In this document: positions 11,858 to 22,998 of the stretch, piece by piece
Layout: each line of letters opens with the position of its first letter
Position numbering within the stretch: the stretch's first letter is position 1
Assembly (NCBI GenBank): GCA_023213395.1
Contig: CM041465.1
Location: 216,573,741 to 216,637,740, forward strand
Length of the DNA stretch: 64,000 nt
From: Cycas panzhihuaensis
Taxonomy: Eukaryota > Plantae > Cycadophyta
Direction: 5' to 3'
The notes under the pieces: generated by a model
The model's database searches: none
What the model was told of the DNA's origin: nothing
The model's input: the letters and a program-made list of their open reading frames with translations, nothing else
Program-made: the position numbers and the translations under genes

Positions 11858-14824
11858 ATGGAAGGTTACCCATCCGATTGGGCTTATCACACCATGACTT
11901 CGGGAACTCAAGAGTTCCCTTCATCTGTCCCAGAATCCGCCCATGAGGGCGATGATTCCATCTACTATCCAGATGACCAATTCCATCCAACCGACTTTCG
12001 CCCTTCCGCCCATGCAGCGGAAGATTCAACTCCTCATGAGACTCACCATCCCACCGGTGAGCCTTACAAGGAGCGTCCTGAGGGATCCCCTACTTTTGAG
12101 GTCCCATCGACTTCGTATGGCTACGAGGATACCCCTCCCGCTGACGTAGTCGAGGTGCTTAGAGAGTATTTCCGAGCAGCTCGCCGTCAGCTGCATCCTA
12201 GATGGTTTGAAGAAGTGTTGCGCAACGTAGCATCTTCCTCATCCATCCCCGCGCCTTCTACAATGATTGACGCTCGTCACAAGACATCTGCCCCATGCCG
12301 TGTCTACTCCCGGCCCCAGTGACCAGCGTTGCCACTGTTTCTAGCCGAGGTCCTGCTTCTTCCGGACCCGTTCGTGGCATGTCCCTTCCCCAACTCGGGG
12401 TTAGCATGCCGTTTTCAAGCCAAACGCATGCGTCACCTTCAAACGTGGCACAAGCGTTCCCTAGTAGGCCTCGAGGTCCTACTAGCGCTGCCGCCGTCAA
12501 CTATGTAGGACCTACTCCTACATACGTTCCAAACTCTGCTGGTGGTCCTTCCCTTTACGTGCCCCCAGGTTACACGTCTCAACCGTGGGGGCAAGTTAAG
12601 GGGAACCATCTCCCTGTTTATGGGGTGGACCCGTTGCACCCATATGGGGTTGCGCCACCTATGGGTGGCCCCTATGGGTAAAACCCAGTTCCCCACCCTG
12701 CGTTTCCATCATCTAGTGCAACTCCCATTGTCACACATCGCAAGGGAGTATACCTCCTTTCCGAGCATTTACCCAACCCCTTTCCAACAAGGGGCGTTTC
12801 CCCAAGGAGGGATGGGTTTACCACCCCCATCCATTCCTTTGCCAGTCGTCGATCCATTAGCCCAAGCGAGGACACGTCCTTTCATGGACTACAGGTCGAC
12901 GCCATTATTTGTTAAGGCGCTAAGGACCAACTTGCCGCCTCACCCCCCTGAAGTTCCCAAATTCGACAGAACTTCGTCGCAAGACCCAACCGAGCATGTA
13001 CGCAGCTTTTCCATGGCGTGCATCGATTATTGGGCTTACGACCATATCTTGATGAAGCTCTTTCCGCGGTCCTTGCAGGGCGACGCCCTCAAGTGGTTTT
13101 ATCGCCTTCCCGCCCATTCGATCTCCTCATTCCAGCAATTGGTGGACGAGTTCGTCAACTATTTTGACGTAGCCCGTCCATTCGAAAGCGGAATGAAGGC
13201 GCTTCTGTCGCTTAAACAAGGTCACGACGAGATGAACCGTGACTTTGTGCGATGCTTTCATGATCTTCTTCACTCTACCAAGGCCACGTTGCCTGAAGAG
13301 TTGAAGCGAGATCTCTTCGTCAATGCACTTCGCCCCGAAGTGCATGTGGAAGTCCTTAAGATGGAGGCAACCACATGTGACTCCACGATTATGAGGTGCT
13401 TGGCGCTGGAGGCTATTGAGATCCAGGCTGGACTCAAGAAACCTCCTAGGCCCTCGCAACGTCACGAGGCGCCTCCCCCAGCGAATGAAACCAAACCTTC
13501 GCAGCTCGCTAGGTCCGCCTCCCATCCGACTGAGAGGACCCTGGACCCCCTTACTTCCGCTATTCACTCGTTCGAGCGAACGATGAAGGAGTTAAAACTC
13601 CAGCCTCCTTCGTCGCCGACCTCTCATAAACCTATCCAACAGGCTTCTCGTGCGATACCCCCCAAAGGGGGCAACACCTAACCTTCTCAAGCAAGGAGGA
13701 TCGATCCTCCCCTTGAGAAGAGGTGGTGTTCCATCCACGGGGAGTGTTTCCATGACGATGCGCATTGCCGGGCATAGCAGCCACGCGACGCCTCGCCACG
13801 CGATTCGTCCCCTAGGCGAGCATCGAGGCCTAACCTCGATCAGCCTATTCATAGAGACCCGTTCCCCAAGCATGGGGAACGTGGTCGCATTGTTTAGCAA
13901 AGGAACAATCAGAATCGGGATAGGTCTCCCGATCCTCGCCCTTCGCATGGTAGAGGGAAGGGTGTGTGAAGGTCACATTCCCCTTCGCGCTCCCCTGACC
14001 GCCGTGCTTCATCACCTTCGCGGTCCCATAACAAGGGAAAGAAGGTGATCCAAATGCTTGAGACCACTCCTCTTTACGCTTTAACCCGGTCTTAAGCCGC
14101 AAAGGAGGCAGCAGGTGCCTCTGTGTCCGTCTCGCAACCCGATCCCCCTCCGGAAGTTGTTCCTCCGGAGATCCCTGCACTTCCCAAGAGTATTCCTCGT
14201 CGCCTGTGTCGATTCGACTTTAGGAGGGCCCTTACCCAACCTACAGGGAGGGGTAAGCCTTTCTCCGTAGTCGAAGAGCTTCTTATTGTGGCTGCCGGGA
14301 TGTCCATCATGGACGTCTTGAGAAGTTACCCGGAGCAACGAGCGCTCCTCTTAGAAGCTCTTGGATCAAATGATGTGTCTGTTCATGCCTTGGGTACAAC
14401 CCCAAGTAGTGAGCCCGTTATCTCCTTCGATCCCAGAGATCTTCCCGCGTCTAGTGGAAGGGAACGCCAATGGAACTTCCCTTTCACTATTACGATAGAT
14501 ACTCTTGATTGCACGTTGCGAAGAACTGTCGTGGACAACGATTCTTCTGTCAATGCCATGCCTTTGCGCGTTATACAAGAGCTTGGCGTTTCCGCCTTGG
14601 AACCTGTTCCATGGCGTTGTCAGGGTTATGACGGTACCAAGAAGACTCCCTTAGGATCTGTCTCGATACCCCTTACCCTCGAGGACAAGACTGTCGTTAC
14701 CGACATCGTCGTCCTTGATATTGATGTCGATTACAACTTGCTCCTGGGTCGACCATGGCTTGACCAAATGGGAGCCGTGTGTTCTACCCGTTGGGGGCAA
14801 CTTAAATTTGTCCATAATGGATAA
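11858..14824 (+). pseudogene. gag: gag + aspartic protease (frameshifted)
   Basis: Pro-rich N-terminus; Retrotrans_gag-like LFPRSLQGDALKWFYRLP...SFQQLVDEF; CX2HX4HX4C knuckle WCSIHGECFHDDAHC at about 13725-13775; protease VVDNDSSVNAM...YNLLLGRPWL. Confidence 0.9.
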
Positions 14825-17800
14825 ATGAAGGTTGTCTCCCGCAAGCAGCCACTCGCCAAGCCAGCTAGGCCTTCCGCCCAGGCAAGCCATGGCCATGCGA
14901 AGGGAAACAAACGCCCTTCCGACCATGTCTCAGCTTGCTCCATTGGAATCCCCAATTCCTCTTACCGAGAAGAAGATCCCACACCTTCTTCTCCTGGTTT
15001 GACGCGCTTCACCCCCATTGGTGTCGGGAGCTATGGGTATCTCGCCGTGTTTGATGACGACGGGTCCCATAGCGAGGATGAGGATTGTCCTCACCCCGTT
15101 TCGTTTCTCCGCACTAGTGTGGGGCATCCTCCTAGTCCTAGGTTTCCTCCTATGACCCCTTTTATTGTAGAGCCTGGTCATTTTCATATGTCACATAACA
15201 TTGCGCATGTTGATCATCCTGTTCCTGGCTCTTCCGTCCCGTCACCTCACATAGGTGACGATGTCGAGAGTTCCCCTCTTGCTTTTTACGAGGGGCCTTT
15301 CCTCAACTCTCCTTCAGAGTCTCTTAGGGATGATGGGCAGTTTTCAGGCCATACCGGTCCTATCGCTCCCACGCTATCCCGCGCCTCGCCTATTCGAAGT
15401 CAGGTCATCCATGGGGTGGACTACTTCGAAGACGATGAGGCTTTACTGGAACACTTAGCTGGTTCCATGCCGAGTTTGCCTCCTGGTCACCACAAGCTTG
15501 GCCACCAGAAGGTCTTAGCGATTGGGTCCCCATTAGCCGACTCGATCCCCTCTTCCGCTTCCTCCCTTCCGATTGATCTCGCCCCCCTCCATTTCGAGGA
15601 GGGGAATGCCATGTGCATGGGGGCAACCCATGACATAGTCCTTGCCCCGGACAAGGTCATCAAAGTAGGAGCGAAATGCACTCCTGACGAAGTGAGGGAG
15701 TACGCCCTTCTGTTCCAAGAATTCCGTGATGTATTCGCATGGGATTACTTGGATATGAAAGGCATTGACCCCTCCATCGTCACGCATAACCTTACGACAT
15801 TTCCTAACGCTCACCCCGTGCATCAGAAGCAGCGTCCCCTTCACCCGAAGCTTTCAACTGCCGTTAAGATGGAAGTTGAGAAGCTTCTGGAAGCGGGACT
15901 TATTTCCTCCATCGATTACCCCAAGTGGGTATCGAATATCGTTCCCGTTGCTAAGAAGAACGGGACCATTCGCATTTGTGTCGATTTTCGCGACATAAAC
16001 AACGCTTGTCCTAAGGACAACTTTCCTCTTCCCTTCATTGATCAAATAATCGACCGTACGACTGGATTCGAGGTTATGTCCTTGATGGACGGCTTCTCTG
16101 GCTATAACCAGATTCAGATTTCTCCTGAAGACCGCCATAAGATGGCCTTCACTACACCATGGGGTACCTTTGCCTACAAGGCAATGCCCTTTGGTCTTAA
16201 AAATGCAGGGGCTACTTATCAAAGAGCCATGCATTTTATCTTTCACGACCCCATCAACAATACGATGGAGGTCTTCATGGACGACATGATGGGTCTTTCT
16301 CGTTCCAGAGCCCATCATCTTTTCGACTTGCGCGCCATCTTCGCAAGATGCCGCAAGTACCACGTTAGTTTGAACCCGCTGAAATGCGTGTTTGCCGTTA
16401 CTTCAGGCAAACTCCTCGGGTTCCTCGTGTCCTAGCAAGGAATCCAGATCGATCCGGAGAAAGTCAAGGCAATCCTTGACATGCCGCCACCTAGGACCCA
16501 ATGATAAATTAAGTCGTTTCTAGGCAGGCTTGGTTTCTTGAGGCATTTTTTGGCAGATTTTGCCATAAACGCCAAGCCTCTTACAAACCTATTGAAGAAA
16601 GGAGCCCCTTTTGTCTGGTCAGACAAGACCCAAAAGGCCTCAGAGGGGCTCAAGGAAGCTCTCGTTCGCCTGCTACCGGTGCCTCCTCGCCTGATAGGGC
16701 CCTTCATCCTATACACCTCGGTACCTAATCCCTGGGTGCAATGCTCTTACAGGAGGACGATTCGGGAACCGAGAGGGCTATTTATTTCATCAGCCACACT
16801 CTTGTTGCCGCTGAATTAAACTATCCTCCCGCCGAAAAGGAATGCCTCTCCTTGGTCCATGCGACCAAGAAATTTCGGCATTACTTGCTCGGTAATACAA
16901 CCAAGGTGATCGTCCAATCTGATCCCTTGCGTTACTTGCTTACACGTTTGGATTTAACAGGTAGGATGGCTCGTTGGGCCGTCCTGCTTCAAGAATTCGA
17001 CATGCAGGTTGTCAACAGGAAGTCGAAGAAGGGAATGATAGTAGCGGAACAGTTAGCCAATGCTACCATTCCCAACGCGAGCAGCGTTCCCGTTGATGAC
17101 TCTTTACCGGACGAGTCTATTATGACAGTCCAGGATGCTTCTCCTCACCCACTCGCCGACAGCGAGTGGTATGGCGACATTGTGCGATATCTGACTCAGC
17201 AAGAATATCGCCCTGAAGCCAGTAACAAAGTTAGGTTGTGTATCCGCGCCACCGCCAGGCAATACTTCCTCATAGATGAAGTGTTATACAAGAGATCTTT
17301 CGATGGGATCCTGCTTCGCTGCATCGCTCCTGACGAAGCGGACCAAATACTCTGCGAATGCCACCATGGCATTTGTGGGGGCCACTTTGGGGGCCAATCC
17401 ATGGCCCAAAGGATCCTCCGCATGGGCTATTACTGGCCATCCTTGTTCAAGGACGCCCACACTTGCGCACTTCGATGTCGGCGTTGTCAGGAGCACGCCA
17501 ACGTCTCTCACCTACCTTCCGAGGCGTTACACCCTATCGTGTCTCCGTGGCCCTTCTCCCAATGGGGTTTAGACCTCATTGGGGCTATATCACTGCCATC
17601 TTCCGCACAACATAAATATATCTTAACCGCTACTGAATACTTCACTAAATGGGCAGAGGCGATCTCCCTGTCCACTACCCCTGGCAAGACGATAGCCACC
17701 TTCGCTCACCAAAGATATTATCTATCGTTTCAGAATTCTAGACGTCCTAATTACGGATAATGGAACTTCCTTTTGTAATAAGGAAATGGACGAATTGTGC

Positions 17801-18412
17801 GAGAAATTCAAGATCTCGCATAAGACGTCATCCCCTTATTACCCCCAAGCAAACGGGCAAGTTGAATCTTTCAACAAAACGCTCGTTGGCATTTTGAAGA
17901 AAATCGTTGCCCAGTCTCAAAGAGACTGGCATATCCAGCTCCCTTCCGCTCTATGGGCTTATCGCACCTCCATCCGGACAGCTACCGGGATGACCCCATT
18001 CTCGTTAGTTTACAGAACCGAAGCAATACTCCCATTGGAAGTGGAGATCCCTTCTCTTCGGGTTTCCCTTCGAGGCCTCATTGACGAGGAGTCTATTCGC
18101 CAGGCTCGCCTCCTGGACCTTGAAGCCCTGGATGAGAAGCGCTTAGCGGCTTATCAAGCGAACCTCGCTTTGAAAGCCCGTTTGCAAAGGATACATGACA
18201 AACATCTTCATGTTCGTCCTTTGTGTCCCAGGGACCACGTCCTCAAATTGGAGTATCTTTACGATCACTTAGCCAAATTCGGGCCCAAGTGGGTAGGCCC
18301 CTTCGTCGTTCTCGAAAGCCTCGATAACGGTGCGTACAGGATCGCCACTTTGGACGGCTTGGAATTTGAGAAAGCGGTCAATGGAAAGTTCCTCAAGAAA
18401 TTTTACGCGTGA
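14825..18412 (+). pseudogene. pol: pol: reverse transcriptase, degenerate RNase H, integrase
   Basis: RICVDFRDINNACPKDNFPLP, MDGFSGYNQI, MPFGLKNAGATYQR, VFMDD; RH NY..AEKECL; INT H..ICGGH..C..CQ, WGLDLIG, ITDNG, PQANGQVESFNK, GPF; several stops and frameshifts. Confidence 0.95.
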
Positions 18413-19130
18413 CCTTTCCACTCTTTTCTTCCCCATGCTCCGAAATGAGCCTAAACTACCATTTTAAATTGTTTCCATTCTTCCCAATCACGGGTAGAAT
18501 GGCAATTTAAGATGGATTTTCGGTTGTTCTTCCGGTTCCTCCCACGGAACCTGCGTTCCCTAGTGCTCTCGGGAACCTTTGTCCTCATATTTTGGGCATT
18601 CCCCAAACTAGGACTACGCTGTGGAGTATCGTTACTCCCCTCTCGTGCTTGTTGTTTCCTTCGCATATTCTGCTATGTTCCCCTGTGGATGTGCATGTCG
18701 CCCTATTTTCTAACCTCACACCTCTCGATCACCTCTACTCACGGTGGATGTGTGTGCTCCTGTTAGACATATGGCCATACATGGAAGGAAACACGTGCAT
18801 GTGTATATTTATAAAATCTACATATTCAGATATTTATATACTTGCATATTTACATACAACATTTACAACATATTTACAACATTTGCAACATACAAAAAAC
18901 ATTCATTTACAAAAGTAAACCATGCATGCTATCTCTATCATATGTGATACATGCCATTTCATGCCAAAATGGGGTTACAACTACCCCATGTGTATATATA
19001 TATCAAAATGTCATAATACATCATGTGTATGAGAAGCCGGGATCCTTGCAAGGGGGGTACAATCATGTGAGCCTACATATGACCCCCTGGAGGCCCGTGC
19101 TTTCCCGTCAGACCTATACATGTGTGTCTC

Positions 19131-21067
19131 CTAGTCTACTGCTGCCGTCTGCACAGGAGTCCCATCTCCCAGTCTCGTGTGATCCTCTCCTGGGGACCAC
19201 ATCCCTGCGAGGCTCCTCCTGGGCCTCCGCGAGCTGCCTGCCTCGCTCTCCTCGTCCCGAGGCCGTCTTGGGGTCGTAGCCGCTATATGTATGTGTGTCT
19301 GGCTCCGGCTCGACCTCGAGACCATCTGCGCCACCAGCTGGTCGTAGCGGACCTAGATGCGATCCCTCTCACCTCAGAGTCCCTCCTCGATGGCTCTAAA
19401 CCTCTCCTCTGATGCCTTAAGGCGCTCTTCTAGGACTGTTAGGCGAGTGCTGCTCCCTGCATCTCCTCCTGGCCCGCTCTGTGTCTCCAAGGCCTGGATC
19501 CGTCCACGCAGCTCATCTCGCTCGCCCCTGGTCATGTCGAGCTCTCGCTGCACCGCCCTGTGATGCCATGTGCTCCAGGTCTCTGCAGCCGGATGTCTCG
19601 ACTCGCCAAGGGGCGAACGCCTGCATGTAGGCTCCTACTGATCTAGGCGCATCCTCCGCCTGGATGGGCGGTTGCCCCTTTGCGTAGACCTGAGGGAACA
19701 TCTCCCTCACCATGGCCTCGACCAGCCTCTGCACCTCTGCTACTCCTACCAAGGCAACATGCCATGTGTCAGTGTACATACTCACTGCATATCATCATAA
19801 AATGAAATCAAGATCTGTCTAGATGTCAAACGACTAAGGAAACGGTTAGGTCTCACCTGCCGTGGCCGCCGGATCCTCTGCTCGGGCGACATCCTCATCT
19901 CCTGGCCCTCCACTAACCACAGGTACCTCATCCTCAGGTACGTCTTCTGCCTCTGCCCTGTCTCTGGCAGGGACTGACTCGACCATCACCTCCCCGGATC
20001 TTCTCACGATCCGTAGCCTGCGCCCTCCGGGTCTCCGCCACCGCCTGCCTTAGGAGCTCGATGGGCCGTGATGGACCTGCCTCTCCTGCAGGTCGTGATG
20101 GGCCAGCCCCATCTCCCCCGTCATCGCTATCATTGCCCCCATCGTCATCGTCATCATCGTTGTCGTCGATGGGTGCTCCTGCTCCTCCTGCTCCGCTATC
20201 ACTCTCCCACCTCACTGCTCTGTAAGGCTCTGCTGTGTAATCTGTTAGAGTGAGGAGGTCGAGTGATGTTGCGTCGACTGACCGACGGACATGGGCCTAG
20301 TCCTCTGTCCCTCAGAGTCTGGTCTGCCACCTGTGGACCATTAGGGCCCACCTCGCTATGGGGAATGGCCCCTCACGGCCGCCACCGCCGCAAAGTGATA
20401 AAACCCAAGATCGCAAAGAACGGGCTGTATGAAAATCCTCCTCACCCCGATCTCCTGATAGTGTCTAGTTGGGCGACGAGGTTCGCCGCAACTAGGGTGG
20501 CCCAATCCATCCTCTCGCTGGCCTCGCACCGGTGCTCTGCGTCCACCCATCCTCCTGGAATCTCCCTGTAGTTTTGTTTCTGGGAAATCTGGAACTGAAT
20601 GCATAGTAGGATGAGTTTCCTCGCTCGAGGAATCTGCAACATGAGTACCGTTTGGAGGGGAGCTCCCCTTCGCTGCCACCTGTCTGCCCCCATGAGGAAC
20701 TGAGCCGCCTCCCTGTGTGCTGCCTCGGTGCTAAGTAGCGTCCTCAGTCTCACGGGTCTCCCTGTCGCTAACACCCCCAGGATCCGCCTGATATCCCCTG
20801 GGGTGATAGTAATGTCTTCTATCTAAGGCAAGTGAAATACATGCCTCCTCCTGTCCCAGTGCGATACTATGTCCACTAGGAGTCGCTGATCTGATGCGAA
20901 CTGGGGGGTCTTGTGGCCTTGTACAGCCGCATCTCTTCGTGGTCGCCTGCCTCCTCCTGGCCGCCATCTCTAGGTAACTCAGATGGGCATGCCGACGCTG
21001 CCATTATCCACCGCCAGAATCGCTCGCATTCATCAAAGTCAGTCAAAGTTAGTCTCCTAGCAGTCAT
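19131..21067 (-). pseudogene. Antisense Plant Mobile Domain (PMD, MAIN/MAIL-like) gene with acidic and coiled-coil C-terminal parts, one predicted intron
   Basis: Minus strand reads DQRLLVDIVSHWDRRRHVFHLP*IEDITITPGDIRRILGVLATGRPV (cf. PMD L..LVERW..ETHTFHLP.GEMTITL.DV..ILGLP..G.PV), then MDWATLVAANLVAQL, a poly-Asp stretch and ELRGRIQALE..LEERL; GT-AG intron 19856-19785 keeps the frame. Confidence 0.78.
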
Positions 21068-21690
21068 CTAGGCTCCTAACTGCTTGTCTGGTTGTCTTTT
21101 CTGGCTTTCAGGGGCTGTTTAGCCCCTTGTTTATTTTTTTCTTTTTTTCTAATTTTCTGTCTGCGTACCGCTCCAAATTTAGCGGTACCACTAAATTTGG
21201 AGTAGGTCCCGCGGGGATTGCTTCTCTCCAGCGATACCGCAGCCAAGATCGCGGTGTCGCGATCTTGGTCATGCAGATCACGCAAGAACCCCTGTAAAGG
21301 GGTTTTTTGCCCAGAAAATCAGAAATTTTTGTGGTGGACCCCCCGTGGGGCCCGCCGGGACCAAGGCTGCCTAATGCCCAGGTCCCCGCCTCTTTCTAGG
21401 TCCAATTCAGACTCCGAGAGGCCTCTAACTGCCCATGAGGGGCATAAAAAGCATTAAAAAATTAATTAAAAGCAATAAACTTTAAGCTTCGAAATGACAA
21501 GGGTTTCGTTAGATCCACTCACTCGGTTTGGCCTAACCGTCGCCATCTCGTCTCGGGGGTCGTGATGGCTATCTCCGCACTCGAATCGGCTGACTGCCTC
21601 TCGTGTGTCTCGAGTCGGGCTCCGTCAGAAGGAAGAGGCTCTGGTTTCGCACGAGAGCCGGTGAAAATGAATTCAATTTTCATTGTTTTT

Positions 21691-21700
21691 CCTTATATAG
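21691..21700 (-). promoter_or_regulatory. Candidate TATA box for the antisense gene
   Basis: CTATATAAGG on the minus strand, ~620 nt upstream of the ATG at 21067, next to a C-run. Confidence 0.4.
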
Positions 21701-22227
21701 GGGGGGGGCCCGATGGGCATTTCTTCCGTTTTTTGCTCCGTGATAGTCGTTGGGACCGTCTCGTTGCCCTGATAGCCTTTGCCTTCTGGCCCTGTCGTCC
21801 ATTGTGCTTCATGGACGCCCTCTCTGCCTCTCCTTGCGGGGGCATTTATGGCGCCTCATTTCTGCACTTTTGGCAGGGCCCCTTCGGCATCGTTTTACGC
21901 GCTACTCTCGTGCGTGCCCGAGTTTATACTCGTTTGGCTTGTTTCGTTGCCCGGGACTCATTTTTGCAGCCCTTTTTCACCCCTGGGGTGCCCAAAGGAA
22001 ATGCTCCCCCCGTCTGGGGGCATGTTTTGCTTTCCTAAGCAACCTTGGGCACCCCAGGGCATCCTTCCTCTGCCCACTCTCAGCCAGTGGCCGGATTACT
22101 TGCTTTCATTCTTGGGTAACCTCATTGCTAGGTCTTCCTACCCTTCTCGGCCCCTTCGCGCTTGCCATTCGAGTCTTTGTTTTGCTTTCATTACTATTTG
22201 TTTGCTGCCAGAGCTTAGTGTCCAACT

Positions 22228-22646
22228 ATGTCTCTCATTGTTTTCACCGATGGTGGAAGTCGCGGCAACCCCGGACCTTCCATGCAAGGTGATTCTTCGC
22301 AGCCCCTCCGGACACGATTTCTTGCATTCCGGGGTCTTTCTTCCCGAGGCTACCAATAATGAAGCCGAATACATGGCCGTTATTGAAGCCCTTACTGACG
22401 CTCTCCGTTTCCATCGCAGTTCCATTGTGTTATTTTACGATTCTCAGGTCGTGGTGTCCCATCTCATCCAGGTTTACCAGGTGTGATGCCCTCACCTGAG
22501 AACCCTCGCCGCACGCTGTGTCTCTTCTAGCTTGCTTCTCGTCAGTGGATATTCAGCATATCCCGAGGCACCTCAACGCTGAGGCTAACAGCCTCGTCCG
22601 CCTCATCCTTGAGCGTCGCCTCCCTCATCTTGATGACCGCCCCTGA
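22228..22646 (+). pseudogene. Stand-alone additional (archaeal-type) RNase H, aRH
   Basis: Own ATG: MSLIVFTDGGSRGNPGPS/..VILRSPSG...ATNNEAEYMAVIEAL...YDSQVVV...IQHIPRHLNAEANSL...RP*; RNase HI motifs DG.SRGNPG, TNN.AEY, DSQ, H.PR..N..A(D>N).L; two frameshifts and one stop. Confidence 0.9.
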
Positions 22647-22988
22647 GGCTTGCCCGCCACTGCGCCCAAGTCTCCGGTTGCTTTTGGTTAGATTACTTGC
22701 TATGTTTCGGATGCCCTCCTACTTGGCGTTGCGCTTCAAGAATGGGGCATCCCCTTTCTTCTTACTTCCTTCGGTTTCCGGTCGATGTTTAGACGACACG
22801 TAAGCAGCCCTTACGTTGTCCTCGTCTCCGTCTCTCTTGTCCATGCGTTCCGCCACGACACTCACCTACGCCCTTGGTCCACGTGCTGCTCTTTATTGCT
22901 TATATATATATATGCATGTGCTACTCATACTTTTGATTGTCAGCATTCGTCATCACATTATGCTTCCGAGCAGTGAGGCTCTGCTGCC

Positions 22989-22998
22989 AAGGGGGTAG
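22989..22998 (+). promoter_or_regulatory. Polypurine tract of the Tat element
   Basis: AAGGGGGTAG immediately before the 3' LTR TG. Confidence 0.85.

Noticed and set aside
14822-14827. TAA immediately followed by in-frame ATG between protease and RT (programmed readthrough or reinitiation?)
   Set aside because: More simply a CAA-to-TAA change like other stops in this element; needs a consensus to claim more.
18512-18766. Hydrophobic ORF after integrase as an env-like gene
   Set aside because: Only 84 aa, explained by T-rich UTR composition, with no counterpart in the old copy.
21562-22227. Overlapping 150-235 aa sense ORFs upstream of aRH
   Set aside because: GC-rich open frames without motifs; only the part overlapping aRH is meaningful.
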